64,000 bases of DNA, from positions 7,182,825 through 7,246,824 of the forward strand of contig BFEA01000005.1 in assembly GCA_003427395.1 (NCBI GenBank), written 5' to 3'. Within the stretch, counting starts at the first letter, position 1. The number at the start of each line of letters is the position of its first letter. Of this stretch, positions 26,156-38,115 are shown piece after piece. The translations under genes and the position numbers were made by a program. Under the pieces are notes generated by a model. It searched no databases and had not been told where the DNA came from. It saw only the letters and a program-made list of their open reading frames with translations. This DNA comes from Chara braunii (lineage: Eukaryota > Plantae > Charophyceae).

Positions 26156-26287
26156 ACATATCTATATATCCTACGCATGTGACGCGTCTCTCTCAGTGGT
26201 TCCGACGCATGCTGCGATGGTCATGCAATTTCTTCTTCGTCCCCACGATGCTCTCGTCTTGCCCCTGCTTGTGTATCTGCTTCTGCC

Positions 26288-26510
26288 GCAGTTTCCACTG
26301 CTGCAGTCTCCACTCCTGCAGTTTCCACAGTTGCAGTGTCCACCGTTGCGGTTTCCACTGTTGCAGTGTCCACTTCTGCAGTTTCCACGGTTTCCGCTGC
26401 TGCAGTGTCCACTCTGTCCGTTGCTGCAGTTTCCATTGGTCCAGTTTCCACTGCTCTAGTTTCCGCTGCTGCAGTTTCTACTGCTGCGGTTTCCACTGCT
26501 GCAGTTTTCA
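26288..26510. repeat. 15-bp minisatellite (GCAGTTTCCACTGCT-like)
   Basis: Translates as AAVST / VETAA repeats. Confidence 0.9.
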
Positions 26511-28974
26511 ATACAACAGTTTCCCTAACTGTAATTCCCCCTACTTTAGTTTTTATTGCTACAGCTTCCTGTCCTGCAGCTCCAATGCAAAGAACATCAC
26601 AATCTCTCTGACACTCACGTCCTTTGCTCCGAAATCTTGCCCAATGCACCCCCCTCTCATCTTTGTCTGTGCTTGGCCATAGACAACTGCATTCCTCCTC
26701 ACCACCCCCATCTCCTCCATGGTCTCGCTTGCAAACAGACTCTCCAGTTTCCATTGTTCCCATTGTTCGACTTGTATTGCTAGGTACAAGTTCAGCTTCT
26801 GTTTGCAAAACACTACTCTTGTTGTGTATCACCGACGACATCCGCGACATCGTCACTTGTTCAGGGATCAACAACCTGTTTCTTTGTCTGCCCCGATTCT
26901 CTTTGTGCCTCCTCCACAAGTTGTTGCGGTTCCTTTGTTTCAAACGGCGATATCTGCTCCTATGCCTCCTGCAGACAGTCCAGCTGCCTGCAGGCCGCCA
27001 CCAGTCCCTACTCAGGATGCAGGCGCTGCCCATAGTACACTCCCGACTCCAGGTACAGTCCCCATTCAGGATGCAACCCTAAACATTGAGGGATTGGAAC
27101 ATGATCTGCCCGGATTGCAGTTGACCCCACAAGGCGTAGACCACATGGGGGATCTGCAAATGGCTGACCAGCATTGTTCGGATGAACCACAATTTTGTGC
27201 TCCGCCATGCGCAGACCACATGTTCGATCTGCAAATGACTAACCAACAAACAACCCAACATAGTTTGGGCTTGCAACACCATCTGGGTGATCTGCAAATT
27301 GTTGGCCAGCATCCAACAAACCAGCTTGAGAACCTCATCAATCTTTGTGGTATGACAACAGCTAATATCTGTCTTCACATTCTCCATCGCCCTTTTTATA
27401 GACCATCAGACTTCCTTGCAATCACCCTTTAGCTTCATGCTGATCTTCCCCAATGACAGCCAGAGGATTGTAATTATACCAGCAAGGAGGCTTTACCATT
27501 GCTGTCCTACAATCAGCAATGAGGGACCGTCAACTTGAACTACGCAATGCTCGAGCAGGTGAGTGGTTTAATCCATCCCACATCTCTGCCTGCATTGTGC
27601 ACGGCTGTAGCGGACCTGTGGTTGGCCTGTGACACCAGCTCCTTGGCCTGTTCTCACAGGCCTGTGTTGTATTCGGGGTAGTCCAGTCCAGGCCGGTACC
27701 TCTGTCGATACCAGCCAGTCCAGTCCAGTCAGTCCGCTGGGGAAGTCCAGTCCAGGCCGCACACGCACGCCGCACACGCACGCGCCACATGCCCACGCTG
27801 CCCGGACCCCAGATTATTTATTATCAAGATCCGGGATGCTGCAGCTGCCAGGGTTTGAACCTGGGCAGCTGCTGGCTATGCGCGTGCGTAGCCACCTCTA
27901 TAACACACTGGCCACAGTGTGTGCATGGCCTGCTAAGGCGACACGCTGGTGTTGAAGACGTGTCGTGCCAACTATTTACACCACCACCCCCCGTCGAGCA
28001 CCGGCCAGCACAACAGCAGCGGGCAGGCAACTATTTCCCCTCCCCCCCCCTCTTCCCCCCCAGCGGCGGTGGGGAGACACCGTGGCTACTGCTGCCTGTG
28101 CCCGTGCCCATCTGCAGTGCCACGTAGCAGCCTGCTGTGCCACGTGGCAGCCTGCTGTGGACTGTGAAGACCCCCTAATCAAGGGCTGCTCTACAGTGGT
28201 GAGGGTCTGCTCACACATCACACCTTGGATCTGCAGTGTTGCTGCTAGGGGCTGATCAAGATCTCAGCCCCCTCCCTTCTCCAGTTGGCTTGCTGCAGTG
28301 AAGGCCAAGACCCTCCTGGTCTTGGTATACCTTGTGCCCTTGGAGATGCCAAGGGCCAGGTATCACCTCTCTCTTCCCTGCCCCCTACTAATCCACTTTC
28401 TCTACCTTTTCTCTCTCTCTTACTCACCCCCTCTACTTCTTCCTCTTCTACCTCACTCACTTCCTTCTAATCACTCTCACTACTCNTACCCCTCTCCCCA
28501 CCCCACCTTTTCTCCCACCACCCACTATTTTACTCTATTTTATTCATTTATTTTCTTTTCTTTCTCCTCTTTTCTCTTTGCTTCTTGATTCCTCTCCACC
28601 TTTCCCATCCCTTTCTCACCCATTCTCTCACCCTCCTCCCCCCCAACTACAACCCCATCACCCCCTCACCTTCCACTTCCATCCTTTTCTCTTTCTTACC
28701 TATGTCTCTTTTCCTTCTTCACTTTTTCATCCCCTTTCTCCCCCAATTTCGAATTTTTTGTGTTTTTCTTATTTTTATCTTTTTTTTGATTTATATTGCC
28801 TCCTTTTTCCAAAAATTCGAATTACCTTATTCCCCCCCTTCTTTTCTTATTTCTGATTCATTTCATTTTATTTTTATTTATTCTGAAAATTTGAATTTCT
28901 TTGCGGCACCCTTAAATCTGATTAGGAGTTAGTCATTCTTGCTTTCGGCACACATTTTGACCCCGAGGGGGTAA

Positions 28975-29072
28975 GGAAGTGCTGTCGAAATTTTCTCATT
29001 TTACTTAGCCTTTCTTCTTGACGGAAGTGCTGTCGAAATTTTCTCATTTTACTTAGCCTTTCTTCTTGACGG
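28975..29072 (+). repeat. ~48-bp tandem duplication
   Basis: GGAAGTGCTGTCGAAATTTTCTC...TTCTTGAC twice. Confidence 0.85.
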
Positions 29073-29456
29073 CACACTTCGGTCCCATGGGGGTAACGAA
29101 ATGTTTTCGAAATTTTTGGAAAATCCAGCACTTAATTTCTCTTCACCTCCTCATCTACTTATTATTTATTTGATTATTTCTTTATTTATTATTTAACATA
29201 AATAAATATTATTTTTCTTTTCACATTTTGTTTCCTTATTTCTTTAATTATTTTTATTTTTCTCTCAAAATTTCATTGTTTTTTTTTTTTTTTTTCGCCT
29301 CCCACCCGTGCTTGCTATTTTATTTTCTTGATTAGGTCATCGGTACCCTAGCCTGATCACTCAAACTCCGGTTAGGGTTTTCTTAGGGTTTTTCTAGGGT
29401 TTAGGGTTCTCCTAACCCCCCTACTTCCCCTTTCCATTCGGGCACCCTGGACTCGA

Positions 29457-29715
29457 TGTCGAGCGCATCGGTCCCGCACGGGGACCCTCCCGGCCGCGTC
29501 ACGCAGGATTTTGCAGGACTTGTCGCGGAGAGCGTTTGCCGCTCCGGCCGAGTGCGCCAGCCGTACCTCTCGCGAGCCCCTACGACAGGACAGGGTCACG
29601 CGAGGCACCGGCTGACGCACTCGGTCGGAGCGGCAAACGCTCTCCGCGACAAGTCCTGCAAAATCCTGCGTGACGCGGCCGGGAGGGTCCCCGTGCGGGA
29701 CCGATGCGCTCGACA
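29457..29715. repeat. Palindromic LTR (foldback, ~90 perfect bp, ~113-bp arms)
   Basis: 29457-29546 is the exact reverse complement of the last 90 nt before 29715. Confidence 0.95.
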
Positions 29716-30054
29716 GGTGGCGCCGTTGCCGGGGATCTTAGCTGCCTACCAGGGTCCTTAAGAGAATGAACCCAGGTTAAGTGCAGGCTGATGATCCAGG
29801 CAAAACGACAAAGGTTATAGGTTGTATGGGCTTATATAAGAGGACCGTATATGAAGTTATAATAAGACTGAGCGATGTATAGTGCGACTAAAGGTTGTAT
29901 CTTGGGCGTGAATAACTAATGGTAGAGCGGTTAGCTAAACTTAGAAGTAGAGTGGTCAAGAATGATGTAGGGCAAGCCCTCTGAAACTTGACGAACTGCT
30001 TACCGGTCTATCCCTTGTTACTCCTGTCAGGTTGGTTAGCAGAAAGAGCTGAAG

Positions 30055-31590
30055 ATGCCGGATGCAGATGGAATCGAGCGGGGCCTGGCAGCTACGCCAG
30101 CAGACTTCGTCAATGCCCTTGAAAAAAGGGAGTTGGCACGGCTACAGGTACCAAAGGTTGACATCTTCCATTTTGAAGGAGAGAGGGTGTCGAAATGGCT
30201 GGAGCTCCTGGAACAGGTTACGGCCGAGGTGCCTGAGGTAGATAAGTTTAAGTTCCTACCTCGATATATCTTGTCGGAAACCCGGCCCGAAGTAATGAAA
30301 GTAGGTGCTGAAGCAGGGGGAGACTGGACAAAGTTTAAGGCTGAGATGCAAAGGCGATTCAAGTTAGGGGATGGCTTGCTGACTAAGACAGATTTGGAGA
30401 TGCTGCAGCGGGATGAATTCTCCATAGTAGGGGCCTTCGCCACAACATTCGAGAAGATGGTAAGGAAAGTCCCAGGGTTGGCGGAGGAGGAACAGTGTGC
30501 CACTTTCCTGGGGCACTTTAAGAATTGGGAGGCCTCGTTGTTAACCAAGAAGGCTGCGTCAGGACAGAAACTGACCTGGGCCGCCATAAAGGAAGGCGTG
30601 ATAGAAGGAGAACTGGACCAAGTAGACATCTTCCAGATGAAACAGGCTAGGAAGAAAAGGAAGGCCTTAGACGCTACGACGAGTGATGGGCGCGACTTCA
30701 AGAAAATGGTGGAGGATGCGGTGGCCCAACTTGATGCAGCGAAGGAGGCAAGAAGAAAAACTATGGCGGCACCACAGACCCAAGGTAAAGCAAAGAAAGC
30801 GGTGGTGCAGGAGGAAGAAGAAGAGGAAGAGGAAGAGGAGCCCGAGCCGCAGAAGCTGACAAAGGCTCAAAGGAAAGCAAGGAATTCGGCTCAAGGGGGG
30901 CAAGGTTTAGGGAGGGGTCAGGTCCCACAAGTTGTAGCCATGTCGCCCCCTGAGTCACCTAGTCAAGCTGCACCAGCACACTATGGGCCGTGGCCAGGTT
31001 GTGGACCTTCAAGCCACTGGCATGGACATTGCTCATACGCCCCATGGCCACAGAGTGGGCCGCATGGGTCATGTGTCGGACCACCGATGAGCATGGCTTC
31101 CTGCGGCTTCCCGGGGCCCCAAGCGCAGCAAGTAAGTCACCCAAACCCACCGCCAAACCAACCGCCAAACCAACCCCAGCAGTCAGCCCCACAAGGGTCA
31201 CAAGGCAATCAAGGCGGTGGACGAGGACAAAATCAAGGGTGGGGCCGAGGACGAGGGAATGGTGGCCGGGGAGGAAACGGCAGAGGGAATGGTGGTGGTA
31301 ACGCTGCAGGCGGGGGAAGCGAGGGCTGGACAGCATCCGGGAGTCAAGGTGGCCAGGAAGGTGGAAGAGGTGCTGGCAGGGGGAGAATAGATTGGAGGAA
31401 CGCCATTTGTAGGCACTGCGGGAAGAAAGGTCACACTATCAAGTTCTGCCATGTCCGGAGAAACGATGAGGACGAAGGCCTAATCAGCACCAACTATGAT
31501 GGGGATATGTACGACAAGTGGGGGTACCACCTTGATCCAAGGGCCCCAGGTGGGACAAGGAAGGAGGCTACGACGAGCCGAGGCAGGTGA
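30055..31590 (+). CDS. Retrotransposon gag (511 aa) with G/R-rich region and CCHC knuckle
   Basis: Open ORF, FEGERVSKWL capsid-like motif, CRHCGKKGHTIKFC. Confidence 0.8.
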   Translation: MPDADGIERGLAATPADFVNALEKRELARLQVPKVDIFHFEGERVSKWLELLEQVTAEVPEVDKFKFLPRYILSETRPEVMKVGAEAGGDWTKFKAEMQRRFKLGDGLLTKTDLEMLQRDEFSIVGAFATTFEKMVRKVPGLAEEEQCATFLGHFKNWEASLLTKKAASGQKLTWAAIKEGVIEGELDQVDIFQMKQARKKRKALDATTSDGRDFKKMVEDAVAQLDAAKEARRKTMAAPQTQGKAKKAVVQEEEEEEEEEEPEPQKLTKAQRKARNSAQGGQGLGRGQVPQVVAMSPPESPSQAAPAHYGPWPGCGPSSHWHGHCSYAPWPQSGPHGSCVGPPMSMASCGFPGPQAQQVSHPNPPPNQPPNQPQQSAPQGSQGNQGGGRGQNQGWGRGRGNGGRGGNGRGNGGGNAAGGGSEGWTASGSQGGQEGGRGAGRGRIDWRNAICRHCGKKGHTIKFCHVRRNDEDEGLISTNYDGDMYDKWGYHLDPRAPGGTRKEATTSRGR

Positions 31591-32333
31591 ACCACCCGCT
31601 ACCCTAGCCATGTTTCAGATATGGCAGGAGAAAGAGGTCCGTAGTGACATCACGGTTGAAGAGGTGGGAGAGAACGAAGAGGTGGAGCAAGAGCGGAAAA
31701 CTGACACTACTAAGGCTGAGCCCATCATAGTAGAGTCGGACGATGAGATTGAAGAAGATTACTGGAACAGGCCGTTGCACGCTGAGACAGGGGAAGACTT
31801 GGAGAACGGCCCGACAGACAATGGAGAGAATGGAGGACCTGATAGACAAAGTCGGGAGATACCAACAGAAGCTGGCTGATATATGCGAAGAAGTCAAGGA
31901 GTGGCAAGGTAAGGAGCCATCGGTATACCTCTACGACCTAGGTCCGGGATCGCAAGGAGGGTCCCCGTGCGGGACCGATGCGCACGACACTGAGCCACCC
32001 TTCCCCCTTTGTGGGCGCCCGCGCTTGACTCACTAGCGCCACCCGTCACTTTCTACCGCGGACGCCCACCTACGCCCTCCCCTCACACGGACCTCCTCTG
32101 GCCCCCTCCAATCCGTCCTGTCACCTCCTTATGGCCGACGGCGTGTCCACGCTCCTAGCGCGACGACCGCCACATGCCAGGCCTTCCCTTACCCTACGGG
32201 CGCACCCACCCAGATTCCGGTCACTACGGCCACGGGACCACAACCCTCTGCCACGGTTTCAACTTTTCCGGGTAGCCCGCTTCTCCCTCCCCTTCGCACG
32301 ACCACAACGCCACCTGACTCTCCCCCTCATGGG

Positions 32334-33765
32334 ATGCCCCGCGCCGCTCGTGCGTCTACTTTCCCCACTCTTCCTCCTACTATTCCTCGCTCGATCTATG
32401 TTCACCGTCTTGAGACTGAGCTTGCCCAGATTCGGGCTGACCTCGCCCTTTTATGCCTTCAACCACCCCTACCATCACAGGTGGCCACACCTTCGGGCGC
32501 ACCCCCTCTTTCTCTACTCTTCCATCCATGCAGGCTTGCTTCCCCCGCCCTGCACCCCCTCCACCCCCATCCTACCTCCTTCCTACTCCCTCACAACCTG
32601 CTGCTGTTGCCCCCGCCGCTCCCCCATGCGGCCTGGGCGTACAGTCAGGTGCGCCCTCTTCTCCAGGACCTGCGCCGACTTACTCGGCCGTAGCGCAGGC
32701 CTCTGCTCCTCGATCTCCTCGCCACCAAAACGGTGGCGCACCACTCGTCCGCTTAACGGACATTGCCTTGTATAACGGTACAGGGATACGCGTGTCTCGG
32801 TGACTACAGTCTGCCACCCGCACGCTTCAGCTCATGGGCGTCCCACCCGACACGTGGGTGGCTCACCTCTCCACGCGCCTGCGCGGCGGTCCTTTGATGC
32901 CTGGGAGGATTTCTACTCTCACTCCTTTCGTGAGGGTTGGACCTCGACCTTCGTGGATTTTCAGGGGTTCCTTGAGGATCGCTTCGGAGCCTGACATGAC
33001 GTGACTAACGCCTTCGAGTGTGTCGTTAGTACACGCCGGTCCGGCTCTGGTGGCGATGCCGGCCTGGACTGCCACATCCAGGTCTTTCAGGACGCCCGCC
33101 TCATTTGTGATGTGGCGTTCCTCCCCGAGGCTGCCCTCATCGATCGTTTCTTGGCCAACCTTCCCCTTGAGCACCGATCTGAGTTATGGCGGTATGACTT
33201 CACATCTGCCTCGCAGGCTTACGAGGCCACCAGGGCCCATCAGCGAATGCGGGCCCGTCGTCAACCCACTTCCTCCTCCCAACCTCAGCGTATTGGTTAC
33301 GCTCCCTCCTCCTCTCACGACACTTTTCAATGTCGTTCCCCTTTCCATGGTCGTCCCTGCCGTTCCGCGCAGCAGGGCCGCCAGTTCTCGCACCGCTTCA
33401 CCACGCTCGAGTATGGTGAGAAGGACATTGTTGCCCCGCTGTTGCCTGAGGGTGACCACAACGACGACCTCGACCTCTGCGAGGTCGTTCACTACCACCT
33501 GGAGGATTCTACTCTCCCTATAGCCGAGCGCCTCCAGCTCGCCCTTTCCACCCTCTCCCGGGCACACAACTGCTCTAGTCATGCTGGTGCGTCACCCCCC
33601 GAGGTCCCTCAGCAGGACCTTCCTCGGGGCTTTGTCCCTCCTCGTGGTGTCCTTTCCGTTGAGGAGCGCACGTCCATTTTGCGCTGGCATGGGTGTTTGC
33701 GCTGCCGCCAGGACGGTCATACCCCCTCGCGGTGCCCTTACACCGCTGCCCTCGACTACGACTAA
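32334..33765 (+). pseudogene. Element C gag (fragmented)
   Basis: Knuckle CLRCRQDGHTPSRC; capsid-like segments. Confidence 0.7.
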
Positions 33766-34082
33766 GTTGAGCTCTCTCGCCCGCGTCGTGCTCAGTTACC
33801 CCCCAGCACCTCGCATCCCCGCGGTGCCTCCTAGCCACGGTGCAATGTACACCTGCGCCCTCCTCAGTAGTCGGCTTCCCGACATCTCCGTCGCGGTTTG
33901 CCCCTCTCGCTATTGGAGTTGAGGTATCGTAGGACCCGACAGAGTGTACTCAGCCCTCTTTCGTAGTATCGTCTGCGCCTCCGCAGACCACCATTTCCCC
34001 TCCTACCCCTCCGCGATTACTGACGCGTCGAGCCATTCGCTCAACCCGTTGCAGCGAGCAGCTTGCGACTCGCGAGGACGTT

Positions 34083-36700
34083 GTGTCCTCTCTTCTGAAC
34101 TTGAGAATGCTCCAGGCTCGTCAGGAGCGACTCACCCTCCATGTCGCTGCACTGTGTCGCCTTCTCACCATCCTCTCTGACCCTGATCGCACTCTCCCGA
34201 TCATTCGAGTACGACTGGGGACCTCCATGAGGGTGTACTCAATGCTGTGTGATTCCGGTTCTCAGGGCGACTTCATTCACCCACGTGTGGTGAAAGAAGC
34301 CTGCTTACCCACGATAGGGTCTCGGACTCCCATCTCGGTCACCCTAGGGGATGACAAAACCCAACGCTTCTTCGATCAGACGGTCACCGACCTCCCTTTC
34401 TTCCTCACTCTCGAGCCGACTGATCGTCCCTCGGTGTCTTGTCGCCACCGCTCCTAAGCACATTTTGATGTGATGGAGACAGGGTACGATTTCATTCTCG
34501 GTACTCCGTGGGCTCGTCAGTTCTGCAGCACCGAGGCCGATTGGGCGACCAACGCTCTCGTTCTAAGAACGAAGTGTGGACAGACGTATTGCGTACCTTT
34601 TATAGGTACCACTGCGACACCACGCCCCGATACTCCTCCCCCGGAGCCTTCCGTGCCCACACCATCTCCTACTATCACCGTCACCTCGCCTCGGTAGTTC
34701 GCCCACTTCATCCGACAGGACGACGTCACCTTCTTTACGGTGAACATTATGGATCTCTTGCACGATGATCCACCCTGTCCAGACGCCGAGCTCCTCTTTC
34801 TGGAGCAAGATCCTCCTCCTATCTCTATGGCTTCCATCTCTACTTCCCTCCCTCTGTCGTACGTCGAGTCCACCCCGTCATTGCGCACCGACGCAGGCGC
34901 TGAGGAACTCGCACACTATACGGCCGACCTGGAGCCCGCAGTTTGTGACCTCATTCGAGAGTACCACGGCGTTTTCCCATTGTCATTCTCGTACGCCGAC
35001 ACCCCACGATGCGCGACGTCGAGCATTCCATCCAGCTTGTGCCTGACTATTGCGTTCACCACCAGGCACCCTACAGACTCTCGATCCCCGAGGCCACCGA
35101 ACTCGAGCGTCAGCTTGAGGAGCTCCTGAGACTGGGTTTCATTAAACCCAACAACTCCCCGTGTGGTGCACCTTTCCTCTTTGCTCGCAAAGCGGATGAA
35201 ACTCTCTGTCTTTGCATCCATTATCGCGGGCTCAACCGCAATATAGTTAAGAACAACTACCCCATGCCTCGATCGGACGAGCTGTTCGACCGCCTAGCAG
35301 GCAACTGCTTCTTTACGGAGATTGATCTTCGTAGCGGTTACCATCAGATCCGCGTCGATGCAGCAGACCAACTGAAGACAACGTTTCGATCACGCTTCGG
35401 CCACAATGAGTTTACGGTGATGCCATTCGGCCAACGCACCCGCTACCTTCCAGAGGGCGATGAACGAGATCTCAGGGACGTCCTGGAGCAGTATGTTCTC
35501 GCAGAGTGTCCCACCTGTCAGGAGGTGAAGAGTGCGAACCACATGCCTTATGGTTTGCTCCAGCCTCTTCCTATCCCTGCGGGTCATTGACAGTCCATCT
35601 CAATGGACTTTATCGGTCCTCTTTGTCCTCCAAACCCCCGCGGTCATGATGCTATCCTGGTCGTCATCGACCGCTTCACTAAGCACACACGCTTTGTTCC
35701 GTGCCGCTATGCCATCAGTGCACGTGAGGTCGCCGACATCGTGTTTGACCAAGTCGTGCGTGACCACGACTTACCTCTGAGCATCATATCTGACCGTGAC
35801 CCGCGCTTTACCAGCCGCTTCAGGCGATGGCTCCACGAGGTTTACGACACCCAGATCCGCTTCTCCTCGTCTTACCATTCCCAGACCGATGGTCAAACGG
35901 AGGTCACGAACAGGACTCTCGATGATATTCTCCGAAAGATTTTTCATGAGGACTAGCAGTGGGATCTCCATCTTGCCCACGCAGAGATAGCCTACAACCA
36001 CACTGTCTCGCCGGGATGTCGCCTTACTATTGCGACCTCGGCTATCACCCTCGTGTTCCCGCGGACTTCCTTCGACCGTCACAGATGCACCCCGACACGA
36101 GTTGTTCCGCGCTGGATGATTGGGTTGCACACATGACGTCGATCATGAAGACCGCGCATGAGCACATAGCCGCTTCCCAGACTCGCATGGCAGCACATGC
36201 GAACCGATCGAGGATGGATCATTTGTTCAAAGTCGGTGATGATGTGCTTATCGACACCCGCCACTTATAGCTCGAAGCGGACACGCTTCGCAAGTTTCGG
36301 CATTGCTTCTTTGGCCCATGCCGCATTCTCCAGGCCGTCGGTTCTGATACGGCTACTAGCCCAGTCAGCTTCCGTGTGAAGCTGCCCGACTACCTACGCC
36401 AGACTCGTGTGCACGATGTCTACCACATCTCGTTACTGCGTCCCTACCGCAGACCGTCGGAGCGTTTCGCTGGACGACCATACGAGCGCCCTCCACCCAT
36501 CATGGTGGAAGACCATGAGGAGTTCCTCGTTTCAGACATCATTGGTCGCCGAGTCACAAACGACAACCCTTCTCATGTCGCGTATCTCGTACGTTGGAAA
36601 GGTTACCCTGATGAGGAGGCTACCTGGGAGCCCCTCGAGCACTTGCAGCACGCTCGCATGTTGGTGCGTGCCTATGACCGTGCTCGTTCTACTGGGTTGA
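34083..36700 (+). pseudogene. Element C pol: protease, partial RT, integrase, chromodomain; RT C-half and RNase H deleted
   Basis: LCDSGSQGDFI; IDLRSGYHQI, VMPFG joined at ~35500 to ECPTCQ; MDFIGPL, SDRDPRF; YLVRWKGYPDEEATWEP. Confidence 0.9.
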
Positions 36701-38115
36701 CTGCTCCTCCTCAGCCCACGGACCCTCCTCCTTTCCCTCGGCTGAGGAGATCGCTGAAGTCGAGCTTGCTCCATCTGAGGCAGACCTTCAGCAGCAGTCG
36801 GATGCTTCTGGGCGTCCACAACGCAGTCGTTGTCGTCCTGCTCGATACGACGATTGACTCTGACTTATCTTCCCACGTCTTTGACTTCTCAATACTCCAT
36901 CCGTTCCAGTTTTGCCACTTCAACTCGTCAACGTTGCGGCTCTTCCTCGACGACATTCCGGACTTCTCATCATGGACATTATCGACAACTTCACGGCCTT
37001 CGTCACGATCAGCTTTGCCTACTTCAGCCATCGTCACTCTCTTACCACCTTACCCTGTACAGTACCCTGGTTGTGTCGCATGATGGTCTCCCTTCGCCAG
37101 GTTCCTCTAAGTTGGGCTCTCGCTTGGTATACGCATAGGCATCAGGACTGTAGCGTTGCCTTGGTTTCCCAGCTTACGGATCTTGCTCCGACTTCCCCCA
37201 CCTTAGGAGTCATTTGCATGATTCCCTTACCCATCACTTTTTCTACCCTCTAACGGCCCTCACACCTTAGTTAGGCAGCCTTGCATGCTTCATCTAGGTG
37301 CGGCCAGTATACCAGGCTCCCTTATTCCCTTGCATGGTCGACCCTCCATAGCGGTCACTCTTGTAGTCGAGCATTATCTGCCCTAATGGTCTATCTGTTA
37401 GGGTCATTGGTTCTGTTCGCTTCCGGTTCCCTACCCTCATTGAGCCTGATGACAAGTGTCTCCTTGTCATTATGTGTGGATGCCCTTAGGAGTTTATGGA
37501 CCCCTAGACTGCATTCGCCACCCTCAGAGACCATCCCACCCTGTGGTTTGCCACACACTTCTCTTGTGACATATGTTTGTCTTGTTGTTGCTTTGTTGCT
37601 CTCAAACTGAGGCTACTGCCTCTAACATTTCTAGGATTTAGTTGTTTCTGCTTTTGCTGTTCTTAGGACTTATACACTAGTCAGCTGTTTCCAGACTGAG
37701 GCTACTGCCTCCAACAGTCTAGAATTTAGTTGTCATTACTTTCTGCTTTCCTAGGACATGTATACTAGTTAGTTGCTTCTGTTTTCACTTAGGCTGTTAG
37801 CTGTGACATTGCTGTTTTTTGTGACACTTTCTGTCCTAGGTTGCATCGCATGGACTCAGCATGGGGCTTGCTCCACATCCTAGACTACTCGTGTTTTCTT
37901 TTTCTTTGGTAGAGTTCCGCTTCTTGGCGGAAGCGTGCTTGTATCTAGGTGATCCATCATAGGCCGAAGATCGTGTGGCGGACCTCTAGTTGGCCTGTGA
38001 GACCAGCCCCTTGGCCTGTTCTCACAGGCCTGTGTTGTATTCGGGGTAGTCCAGTCCAGGCCGGTACCTCTGTCGGTACCAGCCAGTCCAGTCCAGTCCA
38101 TACAGTCCGCTGGGG

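Larger units (their letters stand above)
29457..31989 (+). mobile_element. Internally deleted Athila-like gypsy element nested in element C
   Basis: LTR TG...CA 29457-29715, PBS TGGCGCCGTTGCCGGGGA 29718-29735 (tRNA-Asp type), gag ORF, last 34 bp of LTR recur at 31956-31989. Confidence 0.8.
27606..38115 (+). mobile_element. Decayed Ty3/gypsy chromovirus (element C) with truncated 3' LTR
   Basis: TGTAGCGGACC... at 27606 recurs as TGTGGCGGACC... at 37974-38115 after a PPT-like AGGCCGAAGA; gag-pol remnants 32334-36700. Confidence 0.75.

Noticed and set aside
26221-27033. 270-aa minus-strand VETAA-repeat ORF as a host gene
   Set aside because: Driven by a 15-bp minisatellite within a multicopy repeat; coding strand not established
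29452-31994. TSD for the Athila-like element
   Set aside because: Flanks CTCGA and CTGAG do not match
37949-38115. N-terminus of the 305-aa ORF
   Set aside because: Reads through LTR sequence; chance in-frame fusion
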